64,000 nt of DNA from Bacteroidales bacterium (GCA_015061035.1 SUXK01000005.1:25645-89644); one strand, 5' to 3'; positions 19,119 through 27,801 are shown, numbered from the stretch's first letter. Program-made: numbers and translations. The notes: generated by a model from the letters alone, not told the origin.

Positions 19119-19962
19119 TCCAATAAAAACTTAGTTATCCTAATTATCTTCAAACTCTCCCCCTCATTTAGGGGGAGTACCCGCAGGGGGTAGGGGTAAT
19201 AAAATAAGAGCCTCCCCAGTAGTAGGGACGTGTCCTCCGTCGTGCAGGGCACTGCACTCCCCATTTTAAGGTACAAATTGACATTTAGTCAATTTTAATT
19301 ACAATGTAATTACCTAAAAATGCCTGCCACGTCCGCAAACAACAAAGGTTTGCACGAAAAATGCAAACCTTTGTTATATGTAATTAATTATTTTATAAAC
19401 TTTTTGACCGCAAAAAGTTACAAAAACTCCCGCCACCCGTATAAAACAGTCATTCGTTTTTTTGTTCGGGAGTAAACATCCCTCAGTCAAAACTCATTTG
19501 CCGTTCCAACCTTTCCAAAGTTTGCGAGGTGTTGCGGAACTCGCTTCGCTCAAACAGTCCTCACACTATATCCCGCAAACTTCGGGGTTTCCACTCTGTT
19601 TTATAATGGTGCGGTCTTATTTTAAAGTTACTTTCCCCGTCTGAAAGACAGGAAACGAGCCCCCCCACGCAGTAGGGACGTGACCTGTCACGTCCGCCAA
19701 CAAAGGTTTGCGAACCTTTGCTATATCCAATTAGTCCAATAAAAACTTAGTTATCCTAATTATCTTCAAACTCTCCCCCTCATTTTAGGGGGAGTACCCG
19801 CAGGGGGTAGGGGTAATAAAATAAGAGCCTCCCAAGCAGTAGGGACGTGGCAAGCCACGTCCGCCAACAACAAAGGTTTGCATTCGTGCAAACCTTTGTT
19901 ATCTCTAATTAGTCCAATTAGCCTAATAATAAATCTTAGTTATCTTAGTTCTAAAAACTAAC
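19119..19962. repeat. Mosaic palindromic repeat array 2
   Basis: Same modules and orientation as array 1: REPs at 19222, 19672, 19839; ~200-bp module 19429-19628; CTCCCCCT module at 19154 and 19770. Confidence 0.9.
19234..19324. mobile_element. 91-bp structured mini-element, copy 3 (in the loop of a REP)
   Basis: GTAGGGACGTG-TCCT-[insert]-GCCT-GCCACGTCCGC. Confidence 0.75.
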
Positions 19963-20436
19963 CTACTCCTCAACAAAAATTGGAGTCAGGCGAGTCATAT
20001 ATTGAGTATATTGTTTCACAACATTGCCATCCTCTTCTGTGATAGTCTGCTCAATAACCAAGTCAGTTTCATCTAATTTCTTAATAACAAACTTACTATC
20101 TCCATATTGGTCAATAAGTGTGAAATTGCCATCCTCGTATGTCCAAATACCAAAAAGAAGATTTCTACTATCGGTAATCATTCCGTCAGGATTTACCTCT
20201 AATATATTCCATTCGTAAGTACCATCGGCTTTGAATTGGTTAACGAAAGTGTATTGGCTGACGTCTAAAACTTCAGGCTCTCTTGCATCGCCATACTCAG
20301 TTACTTGATACTCTGTTTTTTGTATCTTCCAAGTACCTACAAGAAGAATTTTAGTAGCATCATCTTCAGTACAAGACGGGAATACAAATGCACTTAATAT
20401 AATAGCCAACAGGCTAAAAACTTTAAACTTTTTCAT
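19963..20436 (-). CDS. Lipocalin-like lipoprotein
   Basis: Lipobox FPSC; LLVGTWKI, FKADGTY, GIWTYEDG, IKKLDETDLVI pattern of Bacteroidota lipocalin-like domains. Confidence 0.75.
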   Translation of the reverse strand: MKKFKVFSLLAIILSAFVFPSCTEDDATKILLVGTWKIQKTEYQVTEYGDAREPEVLDVSQYTFVNQFKADGTYEWNILEVNPDGMITDSRNLLFGIWTYEDGNFTLIDQYGDSKFVIKKLDETDLVIEQTITEEDGNVVKQYTQYMTRLTPIFVEE

Positions 20437-20451
20437 TGTCGTATTCTTTTA

Positions 20452-21366
20452 TTATAAATAGTAAGTTAATGCAATTCTACAACCAAGGTTTTGAGTTCCA
20501 TAAAGCAAAGCACAACTTCCGGGACTTACAACATCGGTAACTTGTTCAACTTTACCTGTGTTTGCGCTGAAACCTTCGTAAGTTGCGTATGTTTTAGGTT
20601 GGAATGTAAGCATAAGGGGAGTGAATGTCATTGATACTCCAAGTGCAATTTTTGGAGCAACAAAGAACTCAAGACCTGCATCTGCCTGAACTCCCAAACC
20701 ATGTATATAACCTGAGTTGTAACGCTCTACTGGGCGAGCATAGTCAATGCCAAGTTTGCTTTTGAAATCATCGAGAGTACCTTTTGGTGTTGTCATAGGC
20801 ATTGATGATGGAACATGGTTAAGGTCGGTCATTGCGTTACCGTAGTCAAAAACCATTCTGCCACCGGCTAATGCGTACAAGAGGTCAAATCCGTAAACAA
20901 ACTTAATTTTTGGTGAGCCAACTTTTCCCTCCCAACCAACTGAGAGCGAAAGGCTGTTAAGTCTTGATGTTATGGCATCGGTAACTTTGTTTTGTGATTC
21001 GGGGTTAAGAGCAACGGCAAGGTCGTCTTGAACATACTCGCGGTATTTAACAACGCTACCATTAAATCCAAAGCCAAATCTTAAAGCACTCTTATCGGTT
21101 GTGTAGTATTTGAGTCTTAAAGCAGCCAAAGGGTCTTGAGCAAGAATAAACATCTGTTTTGGATTTCCTGCCAAGTCGCTGATATACTCTCCTGCAAAAT
21201 CGCCGGGGGCTGGTTGGCACGACATACTATATGCAAGAGAGGCGGGGTTAAAGGTAACGCTGATACCCAAATCGCCCTTTTTGCTGTCGTATGAAGTTGT
21301 TTGAGCATATACACCATTTACTAAAAGAAACAGTGCTGCCAATAGTGTTAATATATATCTTTTCAT
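20452..21366 (-). CDS. Outer membrane beta-barrel protein
   Basis: Signal peptide; amphipathic strands (AGLEFFVAPKIALGV); C-terminal RIALTYYL. Confidence 0.75.
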   Translation of the reverse strand: MKRYILTLLAALFLLVNGVYAQTTSYDSKKGDLGISVTFNPASLAYSMSCQPAPGDFAGEYISDLAGNPKQMFILAQDPLAALRLKYYTTDKSALRFGFGFNGSVVKYREYVQDDLAVALNPESQNKVTDAITSRLNSLSLSVGWEGKVGSPKIKFVYGFDLLYALAGGRMVFDYGNAMTDLNHVPSSMPMTTPKGTLDDFKSKLGIDYARPVERYNSGYIHGLGVQADAGLEFFVAPKIALGVSMTFTPLMLTFQPKTYATYEGFSANTGKVEQVTDVVSPGSCALLYGTQNLGCRIALTYYL

Positions 21367-21389
21367 AACGAAGTATTTAATCTTTTATA

Positions 21390-21893
21390 CTAATTAGGTT
21401 GTTTCATTCCGTCTTCTCCAAAGTTTGCTGCAGGAGTTATGTCAAGTTGGAAGTTGTGAGCTGAACCACATGCAATGTCAGCCTCTTTCTCTCCAAAGAA
21501 GTATGTCTCGCACGAAACTTTTTTACCATCCTTATCGGTAGCATAAGACTCGCCATACATCGAAGACTCAACTCTTACGTTAAGAGTTTTTCCAACTGGG
21601 CAACCAAGTTCTACTTTAAAGAAAGCATCGTTATCAACGGCAACAGTTTTTAGAGCATATGCTGCAACTTTACCTTTATCATCGGGTACTCCGTAGAAGA
21701 TATTTACCTTGTGACCGGGAGCAACAAGTTCGGGATCCTCCTGTGCAAGATTTTTGTTAAGGGTGATGTAGCGTACATATCCCATAACTGTAACCTTTGT
21801 CTCTAATACGTCTGTGCTTAACTCTGTTTGTTCGGTACATCCTACCAATGCAAATAGTATTGCAGATAGGCATAATAAAGAAAACTTTTTCAT
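21390..21893 (-). CDS. Hypothetical lipoprotein
   Basis: Lipobox LVGC; beta-rich; co-oriented with short spacers. Confidence 0.75.
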   Translation of the reverse strand: MKKFSLLCLSAILFALVGCTEQTELSTDVLETKVTVMGYVRYITLNKNLAQEDPELVAPGHKVNIFYGVPDDKGKVAAYALKTVAVDNDAFFKVELGCPVGKTLNVRVESSMYGESYATDKDGKKVSCETYFFGEKEADIACGSAHNFQLDITPAANFGEDGMKQPN

Positions 21894-21912
21894 ATCTGTA
21901 TAGTTATTAAAA

Positions 21913-23691
21913 TTATTCGCTCCTGAATGTTAAATTACATGTGAATGTTCCAAAATCACTCATTGAAAGATTATTGTATGTTCCTGTGTAGAATAGGAAG
22001 TCTCTGTAAAATGGATGCTCGCGGCTACTGTTATCAGAGGTCCAGTTTAGTTCATACCACAGATCTGTGTATATCAACTCCGATGACTTTTCATCGTATG
22101 TAGAGCCAACGTTTGCATAGGTATTTATCGATTCGTTGCCATAACGGGTAACAGTTAAACTTCCACCATTTTGCACTGTACCATAGTTTGTTCCGCTGTT
22201 ATATCCAATAAAGGTAAAACTTCTTATTCCCATTGATACGCCAATTGTTGCTCCTGTGCCATATTTGGCACTAATTGTTATGCTTCCTGTTGTTGGAGCA
22301 AGAGCATTAACAATTAGAATTTCAGGCTCTATTGAGTTTGTTGAAATTGATAAATCACTACTGCTGCTTGTTGCTGTATATGTTTGCCCTATTGCATCAA
22401 GGAATAATGATCTGGATAACTCGTTATCATTGATGAAAGCCTCATCAACATACTCTCTTGTGAATCTTTTTTGAACAGTTGCAACTGAGGGTGTAGTCTC
22501 ATTTGTATTGCTATGAACAACTGCCAATTTAAAGGCACTGCTTTTAACTGAACGAACCCTTGTAGTAACTGTTGTGTTGTTTATAGTAGCAGAAATATCG
22601 GTATATCCGTGACCTTTTGCAGTTACAACACCATTCTCAACTGTGGCAACCGAAGTGTTTGAAGATTTCCATGTGGCACCACTCAAATCGTTCTCTTCAT
22701 CGTTAAGATCTATCAGGGTAAACTCTATTGTTTTGTTAAATTTAGAGACACTTCCGTCAGGAGTGATAATGTTCATATATGTTGAAGTCTTATCATTTGC
22801 ACTCTTCTCAAGAGAGAGATTCATCTGTGCAGGGATAATCTTAAGAGTTGCCTCGCCACTTACCCCATCAACACTTGTTGCGGTAACGGTAACATCGCCC
22901 GCTTTCAATCCCTTTATAGTGTTGGTCTCTTCATTAAACTCAACATAACTTGAAGGAGAGAAAGACCAAGAGATCTCTTTAATTGAAGCATTTGAAGGAG
23001 TAATAGATGCACTTACTGTTGTAGTTTTCTTTGCCTCAATAGTGCTATTACCCAAATTTACTTTTATTGATTTAACTGGGATATACTCTTTTACAACAAT
23101 AGAGCAACTCTCTTTGAAGTCGTCAGCAACACCAGTCAGGGTTGTTGTACCATTTTTAAGAGCAGTAACATAAAGAACTCCATCTTCAACCTCAGCCGTA
23201 GCAATATCTTCATCAGCAACACGCCACTCAATTGTTGATATTGAACCATTCTCAGGCTCTATGCCGGTAACTTCAACCTTAACACGTTGGTCAATGTAGG
23301 CATTTATTGAGTTTGGAAGAGTGAACGATGTTACCTCAACAGGATTTACTCTAACCTCAACCGAAGCCGAAACATTACCTGCGTATGCAGTAATAGTTGC
23401 AACACCTTCGCCCTCTGCCGAAACCTTTCCGTTTCTGACTCTTGCAACACTCTTGTCGGTTGTCTCCCAAGTAATGTCGGCAACATCTTGCATATCGGTA
23501 GGAGTGATAATATATGTAATTACAAAATCTTCTCCCTCGTCAAGAGTAATCTTGCCATTACGTACGTTAGTGAATTGAATATCTTCAATCTCTCCACCCT
23601 CTTCATCGCTACACGATGTAGTACTTACTGCTACCGAAGTTAAAATAAAAGCAGGTAGCAATAGATACAATAATAGTCTAAAAGTCTTCAT
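21913..23691 (-). CDS. Lipoprotein with multiple bacterial Ig-like (Big_2) domains
   Basis: Lipobox TTSC plus acidic export signal SDEEGGE; repeats WETTDKSVARVRNGKVSA, WKSSNTSVATVENGVVTA; start 23691 preferred because a TAACTTTG box lies at 23764-23771. Confidence 0.85.
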   Translation of the reverse strand: MKTFRLLLYLLLPAFILTSVAVSTTSCSDEEGGEIEDIQFTNVRNGKITLDEGEDFVITYIITPTDMQDVADITWETTDKSVARVRNGKVSAEGEGVATITAYAGNVSASVEVRVNPVEVTSFTLPNSINAYIDQRVKVEVTGIEPENGSISTIEWRVADEDIATAEVEDGVLYVTALKNGTTTLTGVADDFKESCSIVVKEYIPVKSIKVNLGNSTIEAKKTTTVSASITPSNASIKEISWSFSPSSYVEFNEETNTIKGLKAGDVTVTATSVDGVSGEATLKIIPAQMNLSLEKSANDKTSTYMNIITPDGSVSKFNKTIEFTLIDLNDEENDLSGATWKSSNTSVATVENGVVTAKGHGYTDISATINNTTVTTRVRSVKSSAFKLAVVHSNTNETTPSVATVQKRFTREYVDEAFINDNELSRSLFLDAIGQTYTATSSSSDLSISTNSIEPEILIVNALAPTTGSITISAKYGTGATIGVSMGIRSFTFIGYNSGTNYGTVQNGGSLTVTRYGNESINTYANVGSTYDEKSSELIYTDLWYELNWTSDNSSREHPFYRDFLFYTGTYNNLSMSDFGTFTCNLTFRSE

Positions 23692-23846
23692 ATTAGTGTA
23701 ATTAATTATTAGTTTGTCGTAATAAGTTAATGGTTGTTCAATACATACATAAACTGTATTACGCAAAGTTAAATTAAGTTAACACCTGATGTTTTTGTGA
23801 GTTAGTAAATAAAATATACGAAAGGGTAAAAATTTTATACAATCTT

Positions 23847-24062
23847 TTACTCTTCTCCCTCTTCATATTCCTTTGTGTAGTACAAAAAGAAGTTGTGGTT
23901 TAATGCGTGTGAAATACGCAGAAGTAAATCGGTGTTTATTGATTTTTGACGGAAGATGTAATATACGTTGGGACGCTCGCAATTAATCTTTTTTGCAAGC
24001 CATGCAGGAGTCCTCTCCTGACGTCTCATTTCCTGTTCGATGAGTTTGCCAATGTGTACCAT
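23847..24062 (-). CDS. XRE family helix-turn-helix transcriptional regulator
   Basis: HIGKLIEQEMRRQERTPAWLAKKINCERPNVYYIF..SINTDLLLRIS.AL.HNFF. Confidence 0.9.
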   Translation of the reverse strand: MVHIGKLIEQEMRRQERTPAWLAKKINCERPNVYYIFRQKSINTDLLLRISHALNHNFFLYYTKEYEEGEE

Positions 24063-24093
24063 AAAGAAAGGCGGAACCGTTTGTTACAAACCT

Positions 24094-24215
24094 AAAACTG
24101 AGGTACCGCCAAGCACCCTTGATACAGATAAGCACAAACAATCCACGCCTTGGGGGCATGAACCATTATGAAGTGCTTATTCCCGTATCTAAAAAAATTG
24201 GCGGTTTTCAGTTTT
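24094..24215 (-). ncRNA. Candidate structured RNA in the 5' leader of the XRE gene
   Basis: Nested stems AAAACTGA/TCAGTTTT, ACCGCCAA/TTGGCGGT, GATACGGGAATAAGCAC/GTGCTTATCTGTATC, TTCATGCC/GGCGTGGA; mismatches become G-U pairs on the minus strand; TACTTTTG box at 24366-24373. Confidence 0.6.
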
Positions 24216-24453
24216 GAGAATAATTACTTAAAGTTCAAATTTTAAAGTGTTTAGATTTTATCTATCTCCTTTATCCCTACTATATTTTTCTCGTATCTAT
24301 CTTTTTAAATTATTACTATAAAATTTGTTTTACCTATTGAGACTCAACAAAATTGTATTTGAGTGCAAAAGTATGAAAAAACAATATAACCACAAACAAA
24401 ACACCCCAATAATATATTCAAACTACTAAATATCACTCATTTTCAATTTTTTG

Positions 24454-25095
24454 TTATCTCCTAAACGATTTGCCTGTAAATATTATTACGCTCATCATCT
24501 CGTTAAAGCGGTCGGCAATTCTTGTTCCGTACTTCTCTTTTATCTCCTTTGCCGTTAGATTGGTTGATATAACAGTAAACAGTTGCTCATTGTATCGGTG
24601 TTCAAGCACCTCTATTACAGGGTTTAGAATATTGCCGTAGTCGAGTTTTGTTGTAGGCTCTTTTCCCATATCCTCTATTGCAAGTAGTGGAACTGTTTTA
24701 CTCTCCTTCATTCTGTTGGCAACCTCTCTTGCATCCATAATGGGCAACCCGTATTCTGCCAAATTTCTTAACTTCAGGTATATAAGCGAGTTTTGCAATG
24801 CTCTTACAAGAGTTGTTTTGCCATTACCGCAAGTACCGCAGAGAACTATACCTGTTTTGTGCGACTTTGTTGTTAGTGCATCTGCCATTTTTTTGATGGC
24901 AGAGTTCGTCTCCTCACTCTCTTGATACTTCATATTGCGTGATGCAACCTCTGCCCTATATGCTGCTGTTAGCAATATTCTCACCTCTTCTGTGGGTAAG
25001 TTAATCTTGAAGCCAGTCCGAGTAATCCTCTGCTGAAGTAGCACCGACATCAAATCCGATATCTTTTTCGTAGTTACGTTGTTTTGATTTTCCAT
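24454..25095 (-). CDS. DnaC/IstB-like ATP-binding protein (phage-type helicase loader)
   Basis: Walker A GTCGNGKTT, LLAIEDMGKE, TVISTNL, YGTRIADRF. Confidence 0.85.
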   Translation of the reverse strand: MENQNNVTTKKISDLMSVLLQQRITRTGFKINLPTEEVRILLTAAYRAEVASRNMKYQESEETNSAIKKMADALTTKSHKTGIVLCGTCGNGKTTLVRALQNSLIYLKLRNLAEYGLPIMDAREVANRMKESKTVPLLAIEDMGKEPTTKLDYGNILNPVIEVLEHRYNEQLFTVISTNLTAKEIKEKYGTRIADRFNEMMSVIIFTGKSFRR

Positions 25096-25780
25096 TAGTT
25101 AGTTCCTTTCTATGCTCTTTTTTATGTTGTTGAAGTTGTATTCTTAACCAATCTACGAAATGTGCTTTAATATCAGCATCATTTGCGTGAGTAGTGTTTT
25201 TGCATTTTTGTTCAAGTTCAAAATCATCAATATATTTCAGCAACTCATCTTTTGTTGTTTTAAATCGCATCAATATATTCTCTTGCCAATTTTGGTTATC
25301 TCTTAAATCTTGCGTTAACTCTACTTCGCTTGTGTGCGATATAGTGTGTGTGATATTATTATTTTCTTTTATTTCTTTTTCTTTTCTTTTATTTGCATCA
25401 TTTTGCTTTGCATTTGCATTGCGTTTGCATTTATTCTCTGATTTCCAACGAGTTTCACTTGCCTTTCTGCGTTGTTGGCTAACCTCTTTTTGCTTCTCTA
25501 ATCGGGTATTTACAGCACTGCTCCAAAACTCAACATCGTTGTGTTCAAACAAACCACTGCACTCAATTATATTTTGTATTACATTTGTATCAACGTGTAA
25601 TACAAATGCAATACTTTTGTATGCCGATATAGGCAACCTTCCACCTTGCTCATATAAATGTTCTATGATACACCAGTAGATGCCAACACCCGCAACGCCA
25701 TACTCTGCCAACAGCATTTGTATTTTGGGATCGTTTCTTGCTCCGTAATCGTGAGGAAAGTAATATGCTCTCTTTGCCAT
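25001..25780 (-). CDS. DUF4373 (Lin1244/Lin1753-like) domain protein, putative phage-type replication initiator
   Basis: YFPHDYGARNDPKI...G.GIYWCIIEHLYEQ; linker with ATGCAAA repeats; C-terminal HFVDWL; overlaps the downstream ATPase. Confidence 0.8.
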   Translation of the reverse strand: MAKRAYYFPHDYGARNDPKIQMLLAEYGVAGVGIYWCIIEHLYEQGGRLPISAYKSIAFVLHVDTNVIQNIIECSGLFEHNDVEFWSSAVNTRLEKQKEVSQQRRKASETRWKSENKCKRNANAKQNDANKRKEKEIKENNNITHTISHTSEVELTQDLRDNQNWQENILMRFKTTKDELLKYIDDFELEQKCKNTTHANDADIKAHFVDWLRIQLQQHKKEHRKELTNGKSKQRNYEKDIGFDVGATSAEDYSDWLQD

Positions 25781-25958
25781 TCTCTTAATTTATTAACTGC
25801 TATTTCTAATATTTTTGTTTGCTCACAAAAATAGATTATAGTTTAGTGCGTGTAGTGGTATAATTATATGAATTAGCAAAGAGTAGAGAGTAGATAAAAG
25901 TAGGGAGGTGATGTCACCTCCGCAGTTGTTTGTAATTGGGCTAATGAACTAAATCCAT

Positions 25959-26013
25959 AATAACAACTGAGGAGAAAAGAAAAAGAGAGGTAATCTTTCG
26001 ATTATCACTCTTT
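25959..26013. repeat. Direct repeat copy A (~55 bp) of the sequence just downstream of tRNA-Leu, including its terminator
   Basis: aataacaactgaggagaaaaga..aaagagaggtaatctttcgattatcactcttt vs 27556-27613. Confidence 0.85.
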
Positions 26014-26052
26014 ACTAACTATCTCTCTTTTTTAAGGTTATTATCAAAGCCT

Positions 26053-26607
26053 TTATTCTATCCCAAATATTTTATTAAATACACCATAATTATATATAGC
26101 ATATACATTTTCATTATATTTCTCAATATTATTGATCTTAATCTTTATATGATTAAAATCTTCAATAAACCCCAAAATTTCTTCATCAGTGATTAAATTA
26201 TATGCATCTCTATGAAAAAGGATATTAGAAAAATAGACTCTGCGTGAGTGAATATGTACTAAATACGTAATATTATAAATATTACTTTTCCCTTCACTGT
26301 CAAATGCTTTACCCTTTCCAAAATGTTTAATAAGAAGATACTCAATTACTGCATTTACATTCTCTTTATCTAAGATGCTTATAGGTATGTCTTCTCTCAT
26401 TTCTACACCTTTAAATAATTCTTTGTTTTTTTCTGGTAGATGCCATACCCAAAAATCCCTTACATGATGTTTTAATGTATCAGTGTATGCTACCATATAT
26501 TGCAAATCACCTTTCTTGATAATCTCAATATTTTCATTAGACTCTGCAAATATGTTCTGCGACACAACTATTAATAAAAGAGTTGCAACAAAGAGAAACC
26601 TTTTCAT
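26053..26607 (-). CDS. Low-GC secreted hypothetical protein
   Basis: Start 26607 gives signal peptide MKRFLFVATLLLIVVSQNIFA; very AT-rich. Confidence 0.75.
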   Translation of the reverse strand: MKRFLFVATLLLIVVSQNIFAESNENIEIIKKGDLQYMVAYTDTLKHHVRDFWVWHLPEKNKELFKGVEMREDIPISILDKENVNAVIEYLLIKHFGKGKAFDSEGKSNIYNITYLVHIHSRRVYFSNILFHRDAYNLITDEEILGFIEDFNHIKIKINNIEKYNENVYAIYNYGVFNKIFGIE

Positions 26608-26731
26608 AATAAAGTCAATTATAATATGTTTTAAAATATGAGTATAAAAGTATTCTATTTTCCTATGATATGCAATAGGGCTTCCGCTGGTAAGACTCCA
26701 TATACAAACATAAGAGTGGACTTTGAAAATA

Positions 26732-27277
26732 TTACCAGTAAACGGCATATTGAGTATAACAGGTTTCTCTATTTTTTATATCTGTTTTTTTAGGGAGTTT
26801 TATATCTTCATTTATACTCTTTGCAAAAGAGATAATTTCTTCTGTCATAGATTTATTGTCAACAGATTCTTTGAACCATATAAAATTTAATGATACATTT
26901 CCGTTATATGGAAATATATATAGCCAAACACCTTTTACTGCATAGTTTGCCGTAGGTAGGCACTTTTTTAGCAAGGTTTTTATTTGGTTGTCTATTTTAT
27001 AAAAAATAGAATCTTCTTTTGAATATATATCGGAGAATAAGGCTTCATTTAAATTGTTAGAATTAAAAGAGAGATTATTGTATTTTGCAAAGACAGAGTT
27101 AATCTTTCCTTCTGTCGAGTCTTTATATGTAGTTATATATTTCACTAACTCTATATCATCAGTATTTGCTATTAAAGAATCTGAGTTATTGTAATTTATA
27201 ATGTCATAGGTAATTTCTTCTTTGTTAGTTTTAGTACATGAGACCAGCAGAAGAAATATGAATATTATATATTTCAT
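26732..27277 (-). CDS. Low-GC hypothetical lipoprotein
   Basis: MKYIIFIFLLLVSC lipobox; TATATTTG box at 27310-27317. Confidence 0.75.
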   Translation of the reverse strand: MKYIIFIFLLLVSCTKTNKEEITYDIINYNNSDSLIANTDDIELVKYITTYKDSTEGKINSVFAKYNNLSFNSNNLNEALFSDIYSKEDSIFYKIDNQIKTLLKKCLPTANYAVKGVWLYIFPYNGNVSLNFIWFKESVDNKSMTEEIISFAKSINEDIKLPKKTDIKNRETCYTQYAVYW

Positions 27278-27555
27278 AATTTACAGAATATAGATATTAT
27301 ATTTTAATACAAATATAGTAACTAACAAGCGAGAAATATAAAACTTGTTTTAATATTTTTCACAGCGAGTGAAAGTATATTCGCTGTCACAGCAAATATA
27401 CTAAATATGGGCTATCCCGTCTTTGCAGACGGATAAAGATTATTCATCAATAACCACGGACTTTGTCCGCGGCTATTAAGTAGTTTCGCTTACACTCAAC
27501 CCTGTCTTTCAGACAACATTAGTATAATCTTAGTTCTAAAAACTAACAAATCTGC

Positions 27556-27613
27556 AATAACAACTGAGGAGAAAAAAAGAAAAAGAGTGGTAATCTTTCG
27601 ATTATCACTCTTT
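27556..27613 (-). terminator. tRNA operon terminator / direct repeat copy B
   Basis: Hairpin AAAGAGTGATAATC GAAA GATTACCACTCTTTTT on the minus strand right after tRNA-Leu. Confidence 0.85.
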
Positions 27614-27619
27614 TCTCGG

Positions 27620-27706
27620 TACCCGGAGCGGGACTTGAACCCGCACAGCCGTGTTATAGCCAAAGGATTTTAAGTCCTTCGTGTCTACCGATTCCACCAT
27701 CCGGGC
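27620..27706 (-). tRNA. tRNA-Leu (TAA)
   Basis: GCCCGGATGGTGGAATCGGTAGACACGAAGGACTTAAAATCCTT...GGTTCAAGTCCCGCTCCGGGTA; long variable arm; CCA not fully encoded. Confidence 0.96.
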
Positions 27707-27714
27707 GAAACCAT

Positions 27715-27790
27715 TGGAGCGAAAAACGGGACTCGAACCCGCGACCCTAACCTTGGCAAGGTTATGCTCTACCAACTGAGCTATTTTCGC
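27715..27790 (-). tRNA. tRNA-Gly (GCC)
   Basis: GCGAAAATAGCTCAGTTGGTAGAGCATAACCTTGCCAAGGTTAGGGTCGCGGGTTCGAGTCCCGTTTTTCGCTCCA, 76 nt. Confidence 0.97.
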
Positions 27791-27801
27791 ATTTGCGAGT
27801 G

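Noticed and set aside
12611-19962. Complete DGR cassette in the window
   Set aside because: No reverse transcriptase, Avd or AAC-rich template found by eye; only target-like domains
23847-27613. Intact prophage or ICE at tRNA-Leu
   Set aside because: No integrase, structural, lysis or conjugation genes, and no duplicated tRNA 3' end
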